A DNA stretch of 64,000 bases, from contig CANBWX010000002.1 in NCBI GenBank assembly GCA_947373225.1, positions 4,970 to 68,969 of the forward strand. Direction: 5' to 3'. The position numbers were made by a program, and so were the translations under genes. The notes under the pieces are model-generated. The model had not been told where the DNA came from. It made no database searches and saw nothing but the letters and a program-made list of their open reading frames with translations. The first letter of the stretch is position 1. Each line of letters starts with the position of its first letter. The stretch is from Flavobacteriaceae bacterium (GTDB lineage Bacteria; Bacteroidota; Bacteroidia; Flavobacteriales; Flavobacteriaceae). Shown piece after piece: positions 19,709-28,677 of the stretch.

Positions 19709-19714
19709 TTTTTT

Positions 19715-19797
19715 CAGGAGCTATTTCCAGCTATTCACTTCAATCTTTTACTTTTTAAAGAAAAAAGTAAAAGGATTTCCATTTCTATCTGGGCTAG
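19715..19797 (+). ncRNA. Dispersed structured element, copy 1 (Flavo-1-like RNA motif or REP-like repeat)
   Basis: CAGGAGCTATTTCCAGCTATTC...ATC-hairpin-GGATTTCC...CTATCTGGGCTA; shared with 31588-31708 and 52344-52437. The family name is from recall and was not searched. Confidence 0.6.
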
Positions 19798-19865
19798 TTA
19801 GGAAAATCAAATGTATAAAAAATCTTCGGCTATATTTAAGTAAATGTTTTTCATAAATTTGTCCT

Positions 19866-20948
19866 ATGTCCGAGATTATTCCAAATAGAAAAATTATCCA
19901 TATTGATATGGACGCTTTCTTTGCTTCAGTAGAGCAATTGGACAATCCTGCATTGCGCGGAAAACCTATTGCGGTTGGCGGTGCCGAAAATCGGGGTGTT
20001 GTTGCGGCGGCAAGTTATGAAGCCAGAAAATTCGGGGTTCGAAGTGCGCTAAGTGGTGCTTTGGCCAAAAAATATTGCCCAGAATTAATTTTTGTTAGAC
20101 CAAGATTTGAGCGTTACAAAGAAATATCAAGCAAAATCAGTAAAATATTTCATGAATATACGGACTTGGTCGAGCCGCTTTCGCTAGACGAAGCTTATTT
20201 GGATGTCACGGTTAACAAAAAAGGGAATCCAAGTGCTAGTTTGTTGGCACAAGAAATTAGATTACGAATTCTTAATGAAGTGGGTTTAACAGCTTCGGCT
20301 GGAATTTCGGTTAATAAATTTGTCGCAAAAATAGCCAGCGATTACAATAAACCGAATGGGCAGAAAACGGTAAATCCAGATGAGGTGATTCCTTTTTTGG
20401 AGGTTTTACCTATTCGAAAATTTTACGGTGTGGGGAAAGTGACGACTGAAAAAATGTATCAATTGGGGATTTTCACGGGATTGGAATTAAAAAGTAAATC
20501 ATTGGAATTTCTGGAGAAACATTTCGGAAAATCAGGAAATTTCTATTATAATGTCGTGCGGGGCATTCACAACAGTGAAGTGAAATCGGATCGTATTACA
20601 AAATCAGTAGCAGCCGAACATACTTTTGATATCAATTTATCGTCCGAAATTTTTATGATGGAACAATTAGAAAATATTGCGAACTCCTTAGAAAGACGTT
20701 TAAAAAAACATAAAATTGCTGGAAAAACAATTACTCTAAAAATAAAATACAGCGATTTTACCCAACAAACTAGGAGTAAAACCTTGCCTTATTTTATTTT
20801 CGACAAAGGATTGATTATGGAAACCGTGAAAGAATTGTTGTATCAAGAACGAATGAAAGATTCTGTTCGGTTGTTAGGAATTTCGTTAAGTAATTTGAAC
20901 ACCGAGCAAAAAAAGACAGTTGTCGTACAGTTGAAATTTGCTTTTTAA
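19866..20948 (+). CDS. dinB: DNA polymerase IV
   Basis: IIHIDMDAFFASVE, ASYEAR, SLDEAYLD, KPNG. Confidence 0.97.
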   Translation: MSEIIPNRKIIHIDMDAFFASVEQLDNPALRGKPIAVGGAENRGVVAAASYEARKFGVRSALSGALAKKYCPELIFVRPRFERYKEISSKISKIFHEYTDLVEPLSLDEAYLDVTVNKKGNPSASLLAQEIRLRILNEVGLTASAGISVNKFVAKIASDYNKPNGQKTVNPDEVIPFLEVLPIRKFYGVGKVTTEKMYQLGIFTGLELKSKSLEFLEKHFGKSGNFYYNVVRGIHNSEVKSDRITKSVAAEHTFDINLSSEIFMMEQLENIANSLERRLKKHKIAGKTITLKIKYSDFTQQTRSKTLPYFIFDKGLIMETVKELLYQERMKDSVRLLGISLSNLNTEQKKTVVVQLKFAF

Positions 20949-20949
20949 C

Positions 20950-20980
20950 AAAAAGACCACGCCGGAAAGCGTGGTCTTGA
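20950..20980. terminator. Hairpin terminator between convergent dinB and the Bax-inhibitor gene
   Basis: AAGACCACGC-CGGAAA-GCGTGGTCTT. Confidence 0.75.
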
Positions 20981-21000
20981 AACGTATATTTTTAGTTCAT

Positions 21001-21774
21001 TTATTTTCTACTCGAAAGTTTTGAAAGTAATCTTAAAAACTCAATATATAACCAAACCAAGGTTATCATTAAACCCATTGCGCCAAACCATTCCATGTAT
21101 TTAGGCATTTTTTGTTCTACTCCTTTTTCGATTCGATCAAAATCTAAGAATAAATTTAAAGCCGCAACTACAATTACAAAAATGCTAATTCCAATACTCA
21201 TCATTGAATTGCCATAATGAACAGGTACAAAGCTTGTAAACATAGAAAATAGCCAAGATATAAGATAATAAGTGGCAATGGCAAGTGTTGCTGCAACAAC
21301 AACAGATTTGAATTGCTCCGTTACTTGAACGATTTTAAATTTATACAATCCTAAACAAACAGCAAAGGTCACAAATGTAGCACCAACAGCTTGAATCACA
21401 ATTCCAGGATATCTAGTTTCGAAAATTGCTGAAACACCACCAATGAATAAACCTTCAAATAAGGCATAAGCTGGTGCTAAATATGGAGAATATTGAGGTT
21501 TGAAAGAAGCTATTACAACTAAAATCAATCCTATAATAGCACCTGCAATTGCAGGAACAATAGCATTCATGCCGTTAAAAATCATCCACCAAATAACAAG
21601 GGAAGATCCTGTGAGCAATAAAAACAAGATTAATGTTTTGTTGATAGTTCCAGACAAAGTCATGTCCTGATTATAGTCAATAAGTGTTGCATGATGCACT
21701 TCTTCATTTCTTGAAGCCGTCGTCGTTGAAAACGATTTATTATTTAAAAAAGGGTTTTTCGATTTGAAATCCAT
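21001..21774 (-). CDS. Bax inhibitor-1/YccA family membrane protein
   Basis: KSKNPFL start, multiple TM helices, ALNLFLDFD, TLVWLYIEFLRLL. Confidence 0.88.
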   Translation of the reverse strand: MDFKSKNPFLNNKSFSTTTASRNEEVHHATLIDYNQDMTLSGTINKTLILFLLLTGSSLVIWWMIFNGMNAIVPAIAGAIIGLILVVIASFKPQYSPYLAPAYALFEGLFIGGVSAIFETRYPGIVIQAVGATFVTFAVCLGLYKFKIVQVTEQFKSVVVAATLAIATYYLISWLFSMFTSFVPVHYGNSMMSIGISIFVIVVAALNLFLDFDRIEKGVEQKMPKYMEWFGAMGLMITLVWLYIEFLRLLSKLSSRK

Positions 21775-21914
21775 GATGGTTTATGATTTAATTTTCTCAA
21801 AAGTAAAATTTATTTCTCAAAAGATTGTTTAATTATTCTTAATTTTTTTGGTTGTAAAAAAAAATCCGTATCATAAAAAAACGATACGGATTCAGTATAG
21901 ATTTAATACGAATG

Positions 21915-23345
21915 TTAGTCTATTTCAGAAACTCTCAAAGTGTTTACCATTCCTTTATCTATAATAGGCATTGCTGCTAAATTGATAAGGAAATCTCCTT
22001 TTTCAACAAAACCTTTTGCTTTTGCAATATCATTGATATCGGTAATAGTTTCATCTGTACTAACTGATTTTTCATATAAATAAGATTTAACACCCCATAA
22101 TAAATTAAGTTGTGTTAGGATTCTTTTATTAGAAGTAAAAACTAAAATATGGGCTTGTGGTCTCCAAGCTGATATTTGAAAAGCTGTATAACCACTATTT
22201 GTCAAAGTACAAATTGCTTTTGCTTTTATAGCATTGGCCATGTGTACAGCATGGTGACAAATTGTTTTAGTTACAAAACGGTTTGTTCTAATTTGAGGTG
22301 TGTTTTGAGGAACTTGAATTAACGGAGAATCTTCAACAGCTTCTATGATTTGTGTCATTTTCTGTATAACTTGAACCGGATAATTACCCGCAGCAGTTTC
22401 TCCAGAAAGCATCACAGCATCAGCACCATCCATAACCGAGTTGGCTACGTCATTTACCTCTGCACGAGTTGGTGTTAAACTTGTAATCATAGTTTCCATC
22501 ATTTGAGTGGCTACAATTACAGGGATTCTTGCAGTTTTAGCTCTGCGAATTAATTCTTTTTGTACCAATGGCACTTCATGAGCAGGAAGTTCAACTCCTA
22601 AATCACCACGAGCTACCATTAAACCATCGCAATAAGCAATAATTTTATCAATATTTTCTAATGCTTCTGGCATTTCGATTTTAGCAATGATTGGAATTTT
22701 ATATTCTGAATGTTCATCAATTAATTCCTGTAAATCTTGTAAATCTCTTGGAGTTTTCACAAAAGAAAGGGCAATCCAATCTACTTTTTGTCCAATTGCA
22801 AAAATGGCATCGGCAATATCTTTTTCTGTCAAAGCAGGTAAAGATATTTTTGTGTTAGGAAGATTTACTCCTTTTTTAGATTTTAATTCTCCACCTTGGA
22901 TTACGCGTGCTAAAACTTCAGTATTTTTGTCAGTTTCAACAATTTCGAAGATTAATTTACCGTCATCAAGTAGAATTCTTTCTCCAGGATTTACATCATT
23001 TGGAAAATTTTTGTATTTCATGAAGACTTTTTTAGCAGTTCCAAGAATATCTTCGGCAGTTGTAAAAGTGATTAAATCGCCATCATTTACAACAACACCA
23101 TCTTCCATCATTCCTACGCGAAGTTTTGGTCCTTGCAAGTCACCAAGTATTGCGGTTGTATATCCAAATTCTTCGTTGATACTTCTAATTATATTGATTT
23201 TTTCTTTCACCCCTTCATAGTCAGCATGAGAAAAATTTATTCTAAACACATTTACACCAGCCTCGATCATATCTTTTATGATTTCTCTGGTATCACACGC
23301 AGGCCCTAGGGTGGCTACAATTTTGGTCTTTTTGTTTGTAATCAT
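21915..23345 (-). CDS. pyk: Pyruvate kinase
   Basis: TKIVATLGPA, RINFSH, DLQGPKLR, IIAKIE, MVARGDLG, VMLSGETA. Confidence 0.98.
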   Translation of the reverse strand: MITNKKTKIVATLGPACDTREIIKDMIEAGVNVFRINFSHADYEGVKEKINIIRSINEEFGYTTAILGDLQGPKLRVGMMEDGVVVNDGDLITFTTAEDILGTAKKVFMKYKNFPNDVNPGERILLDDGKLIFEIVETDKNTEVLARVIQGGELKSKKGVNLPNTKISLPALTEKDIADAIFAIGQKVDWIALSFVKTPRDLQDLQELIDEHSEYKIPIIAKIEMPEALENIDKIIAYCDGLMVARGDLGVELPAHEVPLVQKELIRRAKTARIPVIVATQMMETMITSLTPTRAEVNDVANSVMDGADAVMLSGETAAGNYPVQVIQKMTQIIEAVEDSPLIQVPQNTPQIRTNRFVTKTICHHAVHMANAIKAKAICTLTNSGYTAFQISAWRPQAHILVFTSNKRILTQLNLLWGVKSYLYEKSVSTDETITDINDIAKAKGFVEKGDFLINLAAMPIIDKGMVNTLRVSEID

Positions 23346-23350
23346 TTGTA

Positions 23351-23839
23351 TTAAAAAATTAAATTGTTTTTCGATTTTATTTTGTTTGTTTCAACAGTGT
23401 ATGCTGTCGATATGCTTTCAATTTTATTTAATATGGACTGAATTTCTGTCAGTTCCATTGTTTCTTCAAGGTTCTCAATTTTCAAAAAATAATCCACCTT
23501 TTTCAATTCGGGAAGTAAGTAGACTTTCGTCGAGACTTCCATTTTAATGTTTGAAAATAGGTTTTGGCTATTTCCATTTTTATGTTGAATGACTTCATTT
23601 TTATTTTGAATCAAATTCCAAGAAATCACGTTTTTATTGTCATAATAATAAAATCTTGAAAAATTTGTTTCTCCTTCTTTTATATTAATTTGAATTTCAT
23701 TCTTGCTTTTACCTAAATTTATCGGAAGCTTTTGATTAATGAAATAGGCTAAACGATAGTCTTCTAATGAAGTATGTATAGCAATAAGATGATAATCTAT
23801 TTCGTCAAATTCGCCAAGATCCAATTTATGAATAGCCAT
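23351..23839 (-). CDS. IPExxxVDY family protein
   Basis: LEDYRLAYFIN and LLPELKKVDYFLKI motifs; located between rnc and pyk. Confidence 0.8.
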   Translation of the reverse strand: MAIHKLDLGEFDEIDYHLIAIHTSLEDYRLAYFINQKLPINLGKSKNEIQINIKEGETNFSRFYYYDNKNVISWNLIQNKNEVIQHKNGNSQNLFSNIKMEVSTKVYLLPELKKVDYFLKIENLEETMELTEIQSILNKIESISTAYTVETNKIKSKNNLIF

Positions 23840-23952
23840 TTCGTCAAAAAATAAGGTGTAAATATAGTATTTCTATCGAAGCATTTAGCTCCAAAAACTG
23901 ATGTTTTCGTTAATTTATAAACGAAAACGTTATAGTTTTAGTGAATTTGACA

Positions 23953-24693
23953 TTATTTATTATCAATTTTTTCCTGAAACGCAAAATAAGCACGTTGTGA
24001 TGCTTTTTCCTCGGCTTTCTTTTTAGAAGTGGCTCTTGCTTTTGCAATTACTTTATCGTCGATACTTAATTTCACTCCAAATAATCGTTGACCATCAATT
24101 CCATTATCTTCAAATATGTCATAATGAAATTGTCTTTTTTCTTTTTGACACCATTCTATGATCAAACTTTTATAGCTAATAACTTTTCCTTCGAGTCGGG
24201 CAATATCTACATAAGGGACGACTACTCGTTTTTGAATAAATTTTTCACAATATTCATAACCTCGGTCAAGATAAATCGCGCCAACTAATGATTCGAAAAT
24301 ATTACCGTGAATGTTTTCTCCAAAATGCTGTAATGGAACCTTGCTTTCAATAAATTGAACAAGATTTAAATCTTTTCCTAGTTCATTTAGATGTTCTCGG
24401 CTCACAATCTTCGAACGCATTTTTGTGAGATAACCTTCGTCACCTGCTGGTGCTTTGCTAAACAAATAAGCTGCAATTACCGCACTTAACATAGCATCGC
24501 CAAGAAATTCTAGTCGTTCAAAATTTATAGCATTTCCTTTTTCATCTTGTCTATTTGAAGAACGATGTGTAAATGCTTTTTTATAATATTCGATGGTTTT
24601 TGGATCAAAGCCTAAAATTTCTCGAATAGTATCAAAAAAAATCCCGTCTTCAAGAGAACGGGATTTTGAAAATATTTTTCTAATTATATTCAT
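23953..24693 (-). CDS. rnc: Ribonuclease III
   Basis: AFTH, FERLEFLGDA, FESLVGAIYLD, C-terminal dsRBD. Confidence 0.97.
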   Translation of the reverse strand: MNIIRKIFSKSRSLEDGIFFDTIREILGFDPKTIEYYKKAFTHRSSNRQDEKGNAINFERLEFLGDAMLSAVIAAYLFSKAPAGDEGYLTKMRSKIVSREHLNELGKDLNLVQFIESKVPLQHFGENIHGNIFESLVGAIYLDRGYEYCEKFIQKRVVVPYVDIARLEGKVISYKSLIIEWCQKEKRQFHYDIFEDNGIDGQRLFGVKLSIDDKVIAKARATSKKKAEEKASQRAYFAFQEKIDNK

Positions 24694-24699
24694 TTAAAA

Positions 24700-25953
24700 T
24701 TAGATAACTAATTTTTTCACCAATACACAAGCATTGTGTCCTCCAAAACCAAAAGTGTTACTCATTAAAACACTAACGTCTCTTTTTTGAGCAACATTAA
24801 AAGTAAAGTTTAATTTTGGATCAATGTTTTCATCATCGGTAAAATGATTTATCGTTGGTGGTATAATTCCATGTTTTATAGAAAGAATAGAAGAAATTGT
24901 TTCTATTGCTCCAGCGGCACCAAGTAAGTGACCTGTCATAGATTTTGTAGAATTCAAATTCATCGTGTAAGCATGTTCGCCAAAAACGTGTTCAATAGCT
25001 TTCGATTCAGCTAAATCACCAAGAGGTGTTGAAGTTCCGTGCATATTTACACCATCAACATCTGTAGGTTTTAATCCTGCATCTCTCAAGCAATTTAACA
25101 TTACATTTTTCGCACCCAATCCTTCCGGATGTGGAGCTGTAATATGATACGCATCTGCAGACATTCCTCCACCGCCAATTTCGCAGTAAATTTTTGCTCC
25201 ACGCGCAATTGCATGTTCGTATTCTTCAAGGATCAATGCTCCTGCACCTTCACCAAGAATAAAACCGTCACGGTCTTTATCCATAGGTCTTGAAGCAGTT
25301 TTAGGATCATCATTTCTTGTCGAAAGAGCGTGCATGGCATTAAATCCGCCCATACCTGCTATTGTTACAGCGGCTTCTGAGCCACCTGTTACCATTGCAT
25401 CAGCATGACCTAATCGGATATAATTGAATGCGTCAATAATGGCATTTGTTGATGAAGCACAAGCTGAAACTGTTGCGAAGTTTGGTCCTCTGAAACCGTA
25501 TTTTATAGAAATATGTCCGCAAGCAATATCCGAAATCATTTTCGGGATGAAGAAAGGATTAAATCGTGGTGTTCCATCACCTTTGGCAAATTCTAGCATT
25601 TCGATTTGAAATGTTTCTAATCCACCAATACCAGAACCCCAGATGACACCAACTCTATCTTTGTCTAATTTTTCCATGTCGAATCCTGCATCAAGCACAG
25701 CTTCATCAGATGAAACTAGCGCATATTGGGCATATCGATCCATTTTTCGAGCTTCTTTTCTATCGATGAAATCTATGACATTAAAATTTTTCAATTCGCA
25801 AGCAAACTGAGTTTTAAATTTCGAAGCATCAAAATAAGTAATTGGTGCTGCTCCACTAACGCCGTTAATAAGACCATTCCAGTACTCTTCAATGTTATTT
25901 CCGATAGGAGTAAGTGCACCTAAACCTGTTACCACAACTCGTCTTAATACCAT
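24700..25953 (-). CDS. fabF: Beta-ketoacyl-ACP synthase II
   Basis: RRVVVTGLG, VSACAS, HGTSTPLGD, GHLLGAAG, NTFGFGGHN. Confidence 0.97.
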   Translation of the reverse strand: MVLRRVVVTGLGALTPIGNNIEEYWNGLINGVSGAAPITYFDASKFKTQFACELKNFNVIDFIDRKEARKMDRYAQYALVSSDEAVLDAGFDMEKLDKDRVGVIWGSGIGGLETFQIEMLEFAKGDGTPRFNPFFIPKMISDIACGHISIKYGFRGPNFATVSACASSTNAIIDAFNYIRLGHADAMVTGGSEAAVTIAGMGGFNAMHALSTRNDDPKTASRPMDKDRDGFILGEGAGALILEEYEHAIARGAKIYCEIGGGGMSADAYHITAPHPEGLGAKNVMLNCLRDAGLKPTDVDGVNMHGTSTPLGDLAESKAIEHVFGEHAYTMNLNSTKSMTGHLLGAAGAIETISSILSIKHGIIPPTINHFTDDENIDPKLNFTFNVAQKRDVSVLMSNTFGFGGHNACVLVKKLVI

Positions 25954-26090
25954 AATTTATTATATTTTAGAATCTTTAAACAAATAAAACCCATGCTTTC
26001 TTGCTGTATGAATGTCACAAAAGAGCCATGGGTATTCTATTATAAATATCATTTTTGATTGAAATTCAATCAGGAATTTAGTTATAAAAA

Positions 26091-26130
26091 TAATAACACC
26101 CGTTTACAATAGTGCAAACGGGTGTTTTTT
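26091..26130 (-). terminator. Hairpin terminator after acpP
   Basis: ACACCCGTTT-loop-AAACGGGTGT. Confidence 0.7.
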
Positions 26131-26131
26131 A

Positions 26132-26368
26132 TTATTTCTTAGCTTCTTCGATATAAGAAATCGCTTGACCTACAGTAGCAATGTTTTCTGCTTGATCGTC
26201 TGGAATTTGAATATCAAATTCTTTTTCGAATTCCATAATAAGCTCTACAGTGTCTAATGAGTCAGCTCCTAAATCATTAGTGAAGCTAGCTTCTGTTACA
26301 ACTTCGTTTTCGTCAACACCTAATTTGTCTACGATAATAGCTTTTACTCTTGATGCAATGTCTGACAT
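26132..26368 (-). CDS. acpP: Acyl carrier protein
   Basis: [14 protein letters not shown]. Confidence 0.98.
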   Translation of the reverse strand: MSDIASRVKAIIVDKLGVDENEVVTEASFTNDLGADSLDTVELIMEFEKEFDIQIPDDQAENIATVGQAISYIEEAKK

Positions 26369-26543
26369 AATCTTTAATTTTAAAATTTAATTTGTTGGCA
26401 AAAATAAAAAACTTTATTTTAAAACAACTATTTAGTTAATAAATGTGATGACGAATGTATAAAATAATTTTAACAAAGAATCAATTATGTTATTTATTAT
26501 GATTTTTTATCCTTTTTTTTGCATAAATAAAATCATTAATGAC

Positions 26544-27113
26544 ATGAATAAAATTGTAATTTTTGCTTCTGGATCGGGTACAAATGCCGAAAACATTATA
26601 AAATATTTTGCTGATAAAGACAGCGGAACTGTTGTTGCTGTTTTTACCAATAATCCAAATGCCAAAGTAATAGATAGAGCCAAAAAATATCAAGTACCAA
26701 CAGAAATTTTCTCGAGAGCAGAGTTAATTGAAGGCAAAATATTACAAAAAATAAAAAATTTCGAACCTGATTGGATAATTCTTGCCGGATTTTTGCTAAA
26801 ATTACCCCAATCTATCATCAATGCTTATCCTGATAAAATAATAAATATACATCCTGCTTTATTGCCAAAATACGGTGGAAAAGGTATGTACGGAATGAAT
26901 GTGCATATAGCCGTTGTCGAAAACAAAGAAAAGGAAACTGGAATTACGATTCATTTTGTAAACGAAAATTATGATGAAGGTAATATTATTTTCCAGAAAG
27001 AAGTGGCTTTGTCATCAACAGATTCACCTGAAAATGTGGCCGAAAAAATTCATGAACTTGAACAACGTTACTTTCCGGAAGTGATTGAAAGACTTTTAAC
27101 TTCTAACCTTTAA
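26544..27113 (+). CDS. purN: Phosphoribosylglycinamide formyltransferase
   Basis: Start at MNKIVIFASGSGTN (26544); LAGF, NIHPALLPKYGG, TIHFV. Confidence 0.95.
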   Translation: MNKIVIFASGSGTNAENIIKYFADKDSGTVVAVFTNNPNAKVIDRAKKYQVPTEIFSRAELIEGKILQKIKNFEPDWIILAGFLLKLPQSIINAYPDKIINIHPALLPKYGGKGMYGMNVHIAVVENKEKETGITIHFVNENYDEGNIIFQKEVALSSTDSPENVAEKIHELEQRYFPEVIERLLTSNL

Positions 27114-27126
27114 CTTCTCACTTTGG
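27092..27126. repeat. Degenerate heptamer array across the purN/rnhA junction
   Basis: ACTTTTA ACTTCTA ACCTTTA ACTTCTC ACTTTGG. Confidence 0.75.
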
Positions 27127-27602
27127 AACACGATGTACATATTTATACGGATGGCGCTGCCAAAGGAAATCCTGGACGTGGCGGATATGGCGTAGTTATG
27201 GAACTCGTAGGAACTCCACATAAAAAGGAATTTTACGAAGGTTTTCGTCATACGACCAATAACCGGATGGAATTGCTAGCGGTAATTGTTGGTCTCGAAA
27301 AACTAAAAAACTCGAATATGAAGGTTTTAGTAGTTTCGGATTCTAAATATGTGGTAGATTCTGTGGTAAAAAAATGGGTTCTTGGTTGGGAAAAAAAAGG
27401 TTTCGCAGATAGAAAGAATTCTGATTTATGGAAACGTTTTCTATTGATTTATAGAAAACACAAAGTCGATTTTAAATGGATAAAAGGACATAATAATCAT
27501 CCTCAAAACGAACGTTGCGATGAATTGGCGGTTTTTGCATCAAGTCAGAAAACACTTTCTGTTGATGTTTTTTATGAGAAAGAAGACGGTAAACTTTTGT
27601 GA
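27123..27602 (+). CDS. rnhA: Ribonuclease HI
   Basis: YTDGAAKGNPG, TTNNRMEL, SDSKY, WIKGH, NERCD; TTG start. Confidence 0.96.
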   Translation: MEHDVHIYTDGAAKGNPGRGGYGVVMELVGTPHKKEFYEGFRHTTNNRMELLAVIVGLEKLKNSNMKVLVVSDSKYVVDSVVKKWVLGWEKKGFADRKNSDLWKRFLLIYRKHKVDFKWIKGHNNHPQNERCDELAVFASSQKTLSVDVFYEKEDGKLL

Positions 27603-27604
27603 AA

Positions 27605-27648
27605 ACTTTGAGACTTGCAAACTTTGCAACTCTAAAACTTATAAACTA
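27605..27648. repeat. Degenerate octamer array after rnhA
   Basis: ACT recurs at exact 8-bp spacing: 27605, 27613, 27621, 27629, 27637, 27645. Confidence 0.7.
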
Positions 27649-27677
27649 TCTTTGCCGCTTAATTCGAATCACATATA

Positions 27678-28601
27678 ATGAATAAATTATTGATTGTTGG
27701 AACCGTTGCTTTCGACGCTATTGAAACGCCTTTTGGCAAAACAGACAAAATTTTGGGCGGTGCTGGAACTTACATAGGACTTTCGGCATCTCATTTTAAC
27801 CTCGAATCTGCCATCGTTTCTGTTGTTGGTGATGATTTTCCACAAGAATATTTAGATTTATTAACGGATAGAAATATTGACATTTCAGGTCTTGAAGTAG
27901 TCAAAGGCGGGAAAACGTTCTTTTGGAGCGGTTTGTATCACAATGATTTAAATTCAAGAGATACTTTGGCAACTGAATTGAATGTTTTGGCTGATTTTCA
28001 ACCAAAAGTTCCTCAGAAATTTAAAACTGCCGATGTAGTCATGTTAGGAAACTTGCATCCATTAGTACAAAGCAGTGTTTTAGACCAAATGGACGTGAAA
28101 CCAAAATTAGTGGTTCTTGATACCATGAATTTCTGGATGGATTGTGCTTTGCCGGAATTATTGGATGTTATCAAACGAGTAGATGTAATTACGATCAATG
28201 ACGAAGAAGCGCGACAACTTTCGGGAGAATATTCATTGGTAAAAGCAGCAGCAAAAATTCATGCTATGGGACCCAAATTCGTTGTGATTAAAAAAGGAGA
28301 ACACGGCGCTTTATTGTTTCAGGACAAACAAATTTTCTTTGCACCGGCTTTACCATTAGAAGAAGTTTTTGATCCAACAGGAGCTGGAGATACATTTGCA
28401 GGAGGATTTGCAGGATACATTACACAAAGCGAAAACATTTCTTTCGAAAACATGAAAAGTGCTATTATATATGGTTCTAATTTGGCTTCCTTTTGTGTAG
28501 AGAAATTTGGAACGGAAAGAATGGTTGGACTTGAAAAAGAAGAAGTAGTGGCACGATTGAAACAATTCAAATCGCTAACACAATTTAATATAGAAATATA
28601 A
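27678..28601 (+). CDS. PfkB family carbohydrate/nucleoside kinase
   Basis: GGAG, NDEEA, DPTGAGDTFAGG. Confidence 0.92.
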   Translation: MNKLLIVGTVAFDAIETPFGKTDKILGGAGTYIGLSASHFNLESAIVSVVGDDFPQEYLDLLTDRNIDISGLEVVKGGKTFFWSGLYHNDLNSRDTLATELNVLADFQPKVPQKFKTADVVMLGNLHPLVQSSVLDQMDVKPKLVVLDTMNFWMDCALPELLDVIKRVDVITINDEEARQLSGEYSLVKAAAKIHAMGPKFVVIKKGEHGALLFQDKQIFFAPALPLEEVFDPTGAGDTFAGGFAGYITQSENISFENMKSAIIYGSNLASFCVEKFGTERMVGLEKEEVVARLKQFKSLTQFNIEI

Positions 28602-28613
28602 CACATAATAGTG

Positions 28614-28640
28614 AAGCCTCGGAAACGAGGCTTTTTTTGA
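28614..28640 (+). terminator. Intrinsic terminator after the pfkB-family gene
   Basis: AAGCCTCG-GAAA-CGAGGCTT followed by T run. Confidence 0.85.
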
Positions 28641-28677
28641 TTAGAATTACAACAACTACAATAAAAACAACAAAACA

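Noticed and set aside
22687-23220. 177-aa ORF antisense to pyk
   Set aside because: Typical reverse-frame shadow of a highly expressed, codon-biased gene.
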